Sequence record: DRR723986_8438
Strand: one strand, 5' to 3'
DNA length: 32,938 nucleotides
Part shown: positions 26,125 through 32,938 of the stretch, piece after piece
Layout: each line of letters begins with the position of its first letter
Position numbering within the stretch: the first letter of the stretch is position 1
Notes under the pieces: generated by a model
Told to the model about the DNA's origin: nothing
What the model saw: only the letters and a program-made list of their open reading frames with translations
The model's database searches: none
Translations under genes and position numbers: made by a program

Positions 26125-27084
26125 TTACAATGCCCCACCGCAACTACTGCCCTGCCCCGCTGTACAACCATAGCAATGCCCCGCTACACGAATTGGCTGC
26201 CCTTGCAGCGTTGTGGAAAGCAGGGTCGTCAAGTCAGCGCGCTGATCACCGGTACTCGGCAAGCCGAGCCCCAGCTGCTGGTTAAAGTCGCAGTCGTACA
26301 GGTAACCCTGCCAGTCAACGCTGACCAGACTGCGACACATCACCGACGATAAGTTGGCCTCGCTGTAGCTGCCTTTTAGCAGTGCGAGGTAATCGTCGAA
26401 TTGCCCCCTGGAGATAAGCGTGGAGCCGAAGCGCTGAATGGGCATATTGGCCAGCGCAAACAGCGAGTTAAAAACAATGCCAAAGTGCGCCATGAGTTCA
26501 CGCCGATAATCGGCCTCCAGGCGCTGCTGATTCGGCGGCAGTGTCGGCCCTTGGGGGTTGTACACCAAGTTGAGAACCCGCCCGCTGCCGCTCTGCCCGT
26601 AACCCAATTGGTTGAGAGTCTGAAGGCCTGCAATACTTTTATCGAACACACCGTCGCCGCGCTGGGCGTCGACATTTTCCATGGAATAACAGGGCAGCGA
26701 CGCGACAACCTCTACATCGTTGGCCGCCAAAAACTCGGCCAGCCCTTCCTGCTCCGGCTCAAACAAAATTGTCAGGTTACAGCGATCAATCACCTTTACC
26801 CCGAGTGCCCTGGCCTTAACAACCAGCTCGCGAAATTGCGGGTGAAGCTCTGGCGCCCCACCGGTGAGGTCCAACACCTTGATATCGCGCGCGCGGAGTA
26901 CATCGAGCACCAGGGCGATATTGTCCTCGGTCATCATCTCGGTGCGCGTCGGCCCCGCATTCACGTGGCAGTGCAAGCAGCGCTGGTTGCACTTGTATCC
27001 CAGGTTCACCTGTAAGGTATCGATAGCGTGGCGATCTATGGCGGGAAATTCGGTCAGCTCTAACAGCGGCAGGGTCTCTTGCAT
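26125..27084 (-). CDS. arsS: Arsenosugar-biosynthesis radical SAM protein ArsS
   Basis: TLQVNLGYKCNQRCLHCHV (CxxxCxxC), DLTGGAPE, VASLPCY, LYDCDFNQ, HCYGCTAGQGSSCGGAL. ATG at 27084 after AGGA; directly upstream of arsM. Confidence 0.88.
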   Translation of the reverse strand: MQETLPLLELTEFPAIDRHAIDTLQVNLGYKCNQRCLHCHVNAGPTRTEMMTEDNIALVLDVLRARDIKVLDLTGGAPELHPQFRELVVKARALGVKVIDRCNLTILFEPEQEGLAEFLAANDVEVVASLPCYSMENVDAQRGDGVFDKSIAGLQTLNQLGYGQSGSGRVLNLVYNPQGPTLPPNQQRLEADYRRELMAHFGIVFNSLFALANMPIQRFGSTLISRGQFDDYLALLKGSYSEANLSSVMCRSLVSVDWQGYLYDCDFNQQLGLGLPSTGDQRADLTTLLSTTLQGQPIRVAGHCYGCTAGQGSSCGGAL

Positions 27085-27370
27085 AATTATCCTGTTTATC
27101 AACGGTAAGCCGGCTGGGCACATGCAGCCTCTGCTCATAGTTTCACAAGCGTGGCCTTTGTTACAAAATTCGTCAAAAAATGCGCCGCAGCATGTGCAGG
27201 CTTACGCGCCAATGCCGGTGACGGAGCAAGCGGCCAGCAAAAAGCAGCGGAATTGCCGAGGGCCGGCGCTGCGATCGCAGGAATTCGTTCAATAATCCAC
27301 CAATTGACGCGCGCAGAGCCGGAAAATTGATTTATAATGCGCGGTTTTTACGCGACGAGAGCAAAAGCCA

Positions 27371-27862
27371 ATGTCAGCAAAAGTTGCCCTAATCATGGGC
27401 TCCAAAAGCGACTGGGACACCATGCGTCCAGCCACCGAGATCATGAGCGAGCTAGGGGTCGAGCACCACGTGGAAGTGGTTTCCGCTCACCGCACCCCCG
27501 ACAAGCTGATGAGCTTCGCCGAAACAGCCGTCGACAACGGCTACTCGGTGATTATCGCCGGTGCTGGGGGCGCAGCCCATCTACCCGGTATGGTGGCATC
27601 GAAAACCCGCCTACCGGTATTGGGTGTGCCTGTGCAGAGCCGCGCACTGAATGGCATGGACAGCCTGTTATCCATCGTGCAAATGCCCAAAGGGATTGCC
27701 GTGGGCACACTGGCTATTGGCACCGCGGGTGCGTTTAATGCCGGCTTGCTCGCCTGCCAGATTCTGGCCACCCACGATGCTGAGCTGGCCGAGCGACTCG
27801 AACAATTCCGCAGCAAGCAGACCGACACGGTTCTCGACAATCCAGACCCCCGGGAGGCCTAA
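27371..27862 (+). CDS. purE: N5-carboxyaminoimidazole ribonucleotide mutase
   Basis: [36 protein letters not shown]. Confidence 0.97.
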   Translation: MSAKVALIMGSKSDWDTMRPATEIMSELGVEHHVEVVSAHRTPDKLMSFAETAVDNGYSVIIAGAGGAAHLPGMVASKTRLPVLGVPVQSRALNGMDSLLSIVQMPKGIAVGTLAIGTAGAFNAGLLACQILATHDAELAERLEQFRSKQTDTVLDNPDPREA

Positions 27863-28929
27863 TGCAAACTGTTTGGGTATTGGGCGCCGGTCAATTGGGC
27901 GCCATGCTACAACAGGCCGCGTACCCGCTGGCGCTGCGCGTTGAACCACTCGACCCCGACGTGACCGCGCTACCCAGCATTGGCGACAACGATATTGTCA
28001 CCGTTGAGCGCGAACAGTGGCCGGAAACACCGCTGACTCGCCACTTGAGTGAGCACCCGAATTTCGTCAACGCCGATGTTTTTTGGCGCATTGCCGACCG
28101 CTTCCACCAAAAATCTCTGCTCGACAGCCTTGACGTTGCCACGGCCCCGTGGCGCGCCGTTGAGCAGGACACCAGCGCCGACGAACTGCACCAGGCACTG
28201 GGCAAGGACGTATTACTGAAGCGTCGCACGGGCGGCTACGACGGCAAGGGCCAGTACTGGCTGCACAGTGACAATGCCGACGACGTGCCCGCAGCGTGGC
28301 AAGGCACCGCCATCGCCGAGCAGAAAATTCCATTCATGGAAGAGCTGTCTCTGGTCGGCGCCCGCGACAGCAATGGCAAGCACGTGTTTTATCCACTGAC
28401 ACTCAACCTGCATAGCAACGGTATTCTGATGGCGTCCGTAGCGCCGCTGTCTCGCGTGGATCACCTGCAGGGCCAGGCACAGGCCATGCTGGGTAAAATT
28501 ATGGACGCCATGAACTACGTCGGCGTGATGGCGATGGAGTGCTTCCGGGTTGGCGATGAACTGATCGTCAACGAGCTCGCGCCCCGCGTGCACAACAGCG
28601 GCCACTGGACCCAGGCCGGCGCCTGCGTCAGCCAATTTGAGATGCATTTGCGCGCCGTTGCCAAACTGCCGATCAAGGCACCCGAGGTACGCGGTCATAG
28701 CGTGATGATCAACCTGATTGGCATTGAGCGAGATACCCGCTGGATGGCGATTCCCTCTACTCAGTGCTACTGGTATGGCAAAGACGTTCGCCCGGGGCGC
28801 AAACTCGGCCATATCAATATCAATCATCCACAGCTGTCGGCGGTCAGCACCGCATTAGAAGCGCTGAAACAACAGCTGCCGGAAAATTATGGCCCGGTTT
28901 TCGACTGGGTAGAAAGCCAGTTAACCTAA
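27862..28929 (+). CDS. purK: N5-carboxyaminoimidazole ribonucleotide synthase
   Basis: GAGQLG, GGYDGKGQ, NELAPRVHNSGHWT, RPGRKLGH; TAATG coupling with purE. Confidence 0.96.
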   Translation: MQTVWVLGAGQLGAMLQQAAYPLALRVEPLDPDVTALPSIGDNDIVTVEREQWPETPLTRHLSEHPNFVNADVFWRIADRFHQKSLLDSLDVATAPWRAVEQDTSADELHQALGKDVLLKRRTGGYDGKGQYWLHSDNADDVPAAWQGTAIAEQKIPFMEELSLVGARDSNGKHVFYPLTLNLHSNGILMASVAPLSRVDHLQGQAQAMLGKIMDAMNYVGVMAMECFRVGDELIVNELAPRVHNSGHWTQAGACVSQFEMHLRAVAKLPIKAPEVRGHSVMINLIGIERDTRWMAIPSTQCYWYGKDVRPGRKLGHININHPQLSAVSTALEALKQQLPENYGPVFDWVESQLT

Positions 28930-29180
28930 GGCGCTTTATTCTGGCGGCACACGCCTGGCCCAGCCGCTTGCTGGGCCAATTGTTGCGTTTTCGCGCCGCT
29001 GTAGCTGGCAACGCAGTAGGGCGTAAGGTAGTTGAGCAATAAGCGCGGCAGATCCGGTTCGACACCCGCCCACAGCACTTCACCCTGATTGATCACATTT
29101 AATATCGTGCCCACGACGGCAGCCACTTTCAGCGCGGTGAAAACGACCGGCCGCGACATTGCACTGTGCCAGAACCCCAT
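28926..29180 (-). CDS. nrtS: Small two-TM membrane protein, NrtS-like (nitrate/nitrite transporter family)
   Basis: ALKVAAVVGTILNVINQG...LLLNYLTPYCVASYS pattern; ATG at 29180 after AAGGAGAG; 84 aa. Confidence 0.7.
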   Translation of the reverse strand: MGFWHSAMSRPVVFTALKVAAVVGTILNVINQGEVLWAGVEPDLPRLLLNYLTPYCVASYSGAKTQQLAQQAAGPGVCRQNKAP

Positions 29181-29230
29181 TCCACTCTCCTTAAACCATT
29201 CCCCGCAATGACGCGTCGCGGGACGCGGTG

Positions 29231-30076
29231 TTACAACTGCCACTGCTTTTCTTCGGCAGCTTGTTGGCGCAAGCCCTCCAACATTTGGCTCAAGGCCAGC
29301 GAGCGCTCACCACGCCGGGTGAGCAAATACACCGGGTAGCTGAACTCGGGGGCGTCGTTCACACAGCGCAACTGGCCACTGTCAAAGTAGGGCGCTAATA
29401 CACGGCTGCGAAAATAGCCGCTGCCGCCGCTGGCCAACATCAGCTGCAGGGCCAACGGCCCGAGATTCACCCTACAGCGGTGTTGCTTTGCTCGCGGCAA
29501 ACTCGCCTCAAATTGCTCGCGAAAGCCCGGCCCCCAATCAACCAGATAAAATGGCCCTGACCGCGATGGCGTTTCAGCCAGAAGGAGCTTTTCTTCCAGC
29601 AGCAATTCCACAACGTAGTCGCTGTGGTAACGCGGCAAGTGCACAAGCACGGCATCGAGCTCACCGCACTCTAACTTGGCCAGCAAGGTCTCGGCACTTT
29701 CGACACAGGCCTCAAACTGCACCCCGCCCAGTTGTTGCTGGGCCCACTGCAACCAACCGCTCAGCAAGGGATTCCACAGGCTGGTTTCGCCCCCCACCGC
29801 CAACCTTGCTTGCTCGGCAAGGGGCTCTGCTAGCGCGTCAACTGCCAGCTGCCACTCACTGAGCAAGCGCTGTGCATGGGGCGCAAAACGCTCCCCTTCC
29901 GGGGTTAAGCGCGCGCCTTTGCGGTTTCTCACAAACAGGGCACAGCCGAGCTGCTGCTCCAGGCGCTGCAAACGCACAGTCACCGCCGTTTGACTGATAT
30001 GCAGGCGCTCAGCGGCCGCCAGCAAACTCCCGGCGCTCACTATCTCCATAAAGGTCTTTAACAGGGTTCTGTCCAC
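29231..30076 (-). CDS. LysR-family transcriptional regulator (HdfR-like)
   Basis: LLKTFMEIV..GSLLAAAERLHISQTAVTVRLQRLEQQLG..LFVRNR..LTPEGERF; GTG start. Confidence 0.92.
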   Translation of the reverse strand: MDRTLLKTFMEIVSAGSLLAAAERLHISQTAVTVRLQRLEQQLGCALFVRNRKGARLTPEGERFAPHAQRLLSEWQLAVDALAEPLAEQARLAVGGETSLWNPLLSGWLQWAQQQLGGVQFEACVESAETLLAKLECGELDAVLVHLPRYHSDYVVELLLEEKLLLAETPSRSGPFYLVDWGPGFREQFEASLPRAKQHRCRVNLGPLALQLMLASGGSGYFRSRVLAPYFDSGQLRCVNDAPEFSYPVYLLTRRGERSLALSQMLEGLRQQAAEEKQWQL

Positions 30077-30103
30077 AGCCGGCGCCGCCTATTTAAATTC
30101 ACT

Positions 30104-30138
30104 TTTATGGAATTTTAATATGATTAATATTCCATAAA
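30104..30138. promoter_or_regulatory. 35-bp inverted repeat (operator candidate) between the divergent LysR and HPP genes
   Basis: TTTATGGAATTTTAAT-ATG-ATTAATATTCCATAAA, arms matching at 15/16. It overlaps ATTC-N9-GAAT (a T-N11-A box) at 30097-30113. Confidence 0.7.
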
Positions 30139-30183
30139 CATAATAATTATTGCTCGTTAGAATGCACGCCCTAAATTGGTGCC

Positions 30184-31005
30184 ATGCCAAACCGGCAAGG
30201 CCAGTCAAAGGGCCCATCGCACGTGCCAAGCCACCACGTTCATCAGCCTCTCGCCCGCCTACTTGGCGTTGAGGCCAACACCACTTCCCATGCTGAGAAG
30301 TGGCTATCGATTATCGGCAGCACACTCGGCATGGCCTTCGCCTGCTGGCTGAGCAGCCAGCTGCCCGGCGGGAATTCGCTGGCCTGGATGCTCGCCTCAA
30401 CAGGCGCCAGTGCGGCCCTGATTTTCGCCATCCCCCACGGGGCACTGTCTCAACCCTGGCCAGTATTGGGCGGGCATGTTATCTCGGCTTTTATCGGCGT
30501 GAGCTGCCAGCGCTATTTACCCGCCCACGAATTCGCCGCGATCGCGGCAACGGGGCTATCTATTGCGGCGATGTACTACCTGCGCTGCCTGCACCCTCCC
30601 GGCGTGGCCACCGCGCTATTTGCCGTGATGGGCGGGCCAGAGATTCACCAGCTGTCGTACTCACTTTTGCTTAACCCGGTGCTGCTGAATGCCTGCACCC
30701 TGGTGTTGGCAGGCCTGCTGTTTAACAACCTGTTTCCCTCGCGCCGCTACCCCAGCACCCTCGCACGCGGCGCCGCAGCAACATCGAGTTTGCAAGAAGA
30801 GGACGTCGCCAAGGCGCTGCGCGAGCTGGACTCCTTTGTCGATATCAGCCCAGAGGATTTAAGCCGCCTGTACACTTGCGCCAATACTTTTGCGGCGCAG
30901 CGCCGCCGCGACTGGCAACATCGCGAATCGCGTATATTGCGTCTGCGTCCGCGCATGAAAACCCAGCCACACCCGCGATCTCGCAAGCAAAAGCGCGCTA
31001 ACTGA
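30184..31005 (+). CDS. HPP-family integral membrane protein (no CBS domains)
   Basis: ASTGASAALIFAIPHGALSQPWPVLGGH, LRCLHPPGVATAL, RRYP. The start could instead be GTG at 30223. Confidence 0.88.
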   Translation: MPNRQGQSKGPSHVPSHHVHQPLARLLGVEANTTSHAEKWLSIIGSTLGMAFACWLSSQLPGGNSLAWMLASTGASAALIFAIPHGALSQPWPVLGGHVISAFIGVSCQRYLPAHEFAAIAATGLSIAAMYYLRCLHPPGVATALFAVMGGPEIHQLSYSLLLNPVLLNACTLVLAGLLFNNLFPSRRYPSTLARGAAATSSLQEEDVAKALRELDSFVDISPEDLSRLYTCANTFAAQRRRDWQHRESRILRLRPRMKTQPHPRSRKQKRAN

Positions 31006-31888
31006 GGTAGTCGACCTGGCGAAACTGCTCTGCTAAAAAGTCGACAAAGGCGCTGACCTTGGCGGATAGATGACGGTTGTGGGGATAAACCGCCCACACG
31101 GCAGTATCGGCGGGTTGATAGTTCTGCATCACTGCTTGCAGGCGCCCTGCCTGCAGGTCCTCGTAAACGTAAAACTCGGGCAACTGCACCAAACCCAGCC
31201 CGCGGCGCGCCGCCGCCAATAGCGCATGGCCATTGTTGCTGCGCCAGCGCCCCTCCACCTTGAGCTCAACATGCTGACCACGGGAATCGCGAAACCGCCA
31301 CGTGGGTAAAGAACCCACCAAACAACTGTGTTCGCGCAGATCCTCTACGCTATTGGGCACACCGTAGAGGTCGAAGTAGTCGCGGCTTCCACAAATTAAC
31401 AAGCGCCTTTCGGCGATTCGCCGGGCGATCAACGACGAGTCCTTAAGCACCCCTGCGCGAATTGCCAGATCGTAACCTTCTTCCAGCAAATCGATGTTGC
31501 GATTATTAAAATCCAGCTGCAGATTCACGGCGGGGTAACGCTTTAAAAATTCTGCCGCCGCTGGCGCCACGTAACGTTCACCAAAGGCCCCCGCCACCGT
31601 CACCCGCAGATTGCCCTGTGGGCTGGCCTGCTGCTGCATGACCGCCTGCTCAGTTTCTTGCATTTGCCCGAGAATACTTTTGCAGCGCTGAAAGTATGCC
31701 TCGCCGATTTCACTCAACACCAAACGCCGGGTGCTGCGAGTAAGCAGTTGCACACCGAGGTGATTTTCCAGACGGCTGAGCTGACGGCTGGCATGGGATT
31801 TTGACATCCCCAAATGCTGCGCGGCCGCCGAAAAACTGCCCTGCTCCACCACGGCAACAAACACTTCCACCGCTTCCCAATGTTTCAC
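30998..31888 (-). CDS. LysR-family regulator (CrgA-like), divergent from frmA
   Basis: FVAVVEQGSFSAAAQHLGMSKSHASRQLSRLE, IDLLEEGYDLAIR, AVYPHNRHLSAKV; GTG start. Confidence 0.93.
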   Translation of the reverse strand: MKHWEAVEVFVAVVEQGSFSAAAQHLGMSKSHASRQLSRLENHLGVQLLTRSTRRLVLSEIGEAYFQRCKSILGQMQETEQAVMQQQASPQGNLRVTVAGAFGERYVAPAAAEFLKRYPAVNLQLDFNNRNIDLLEEGYDLAIRAGVLKDSSLIARRIAERRLLICGSRDYFDLYGVPNSVEDLREHSCLVGSLPTWRFRDSRGQHVELKVEGRWRSNNGHALLAAARRGLGLVQLPEFYVYEDLQAGRLQAVMQNYQPADTAVWAVYPHNRHLSAKVSAFVDFLAEQFRQVDYLS

Positions 31889-31899
31889 GGCCGCCCCTT

Positions 31900-31921
31900 A
31901 TTGTTGTCATATAAAAATAAT
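31900..31921. promoter_or_regulatory. Probable LysR binding site between the LysR gene and frmA
   Basis: Imperfect dyad ATTGTT-N10-AATAAT in an AT-rich divergent spacer, just upstream of the LysR start. Confidence 0.4.
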
Positions 31922-31966
31922 GAGTTTACCAAATAGTGGATTATCGTTTTTCAGTTATCAATTTAG

Positions 31967-32938
<972 letters not shown>

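Noticed and set aside
26131-26145. Possible selenocysteine in the ArsS C-terminal GSS(U/C)GG
   Set aside because: The codon is TGC (Cys); there is no in-frame TGA.
27304-27338. TTGACG...TATAAT as the purE sigma70 promoter
   Set aside because: The spacer is 23 nt. The TATAAT may be real, but this -35 does not pair with it; no clear PurR box was seen.

Overview
A 32.9-kb chromosomal window of moderately high GC. Gene content suggests a marine gammaproteobacterium, possibly Cellvibrionales/Spongiibacteraceae-like (inference only). I saw no rRNA, tRNA, CRISPR, IS or phage features. Two real genes are missing from the supplied ORF track because they run off the window ends: a >=639-aa PKD-repeat lipoprotein (1..1917, -) and frmA/adhC (32000..32938, +). 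Many supplied ORFs have over-extended starts, corrected here using RBS and signal-peptide evidence. The left two-thirds is rich in envelope/secreted and lipid- or redox-related genes. The best candidate for an undescribed system is a co-directional five-gene cluster (10069->2725, -): lipoprotein diheme cytochrome c4-like, MauG-like His/Tyr diheme enzyme, beta-helix protein fused to cytochrome c, TonB-dependent receptor, and Tat-lipoprotein purple acid phosphatase. Other notable loci are an arsS-arsM(-tas) arsenosugar-type unit; an NrtS-like / LysR / HPP unit with a 35-bp inverted repeat; a secreted Leu/Gly/Pro-repeat protein behind a CRP-like site at class II spacing; a 15-bp tandem repeat that copies a stop codon; and gabD reading through a terminator hairpin. 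All family assignments come from motif recognition; no database search was run.
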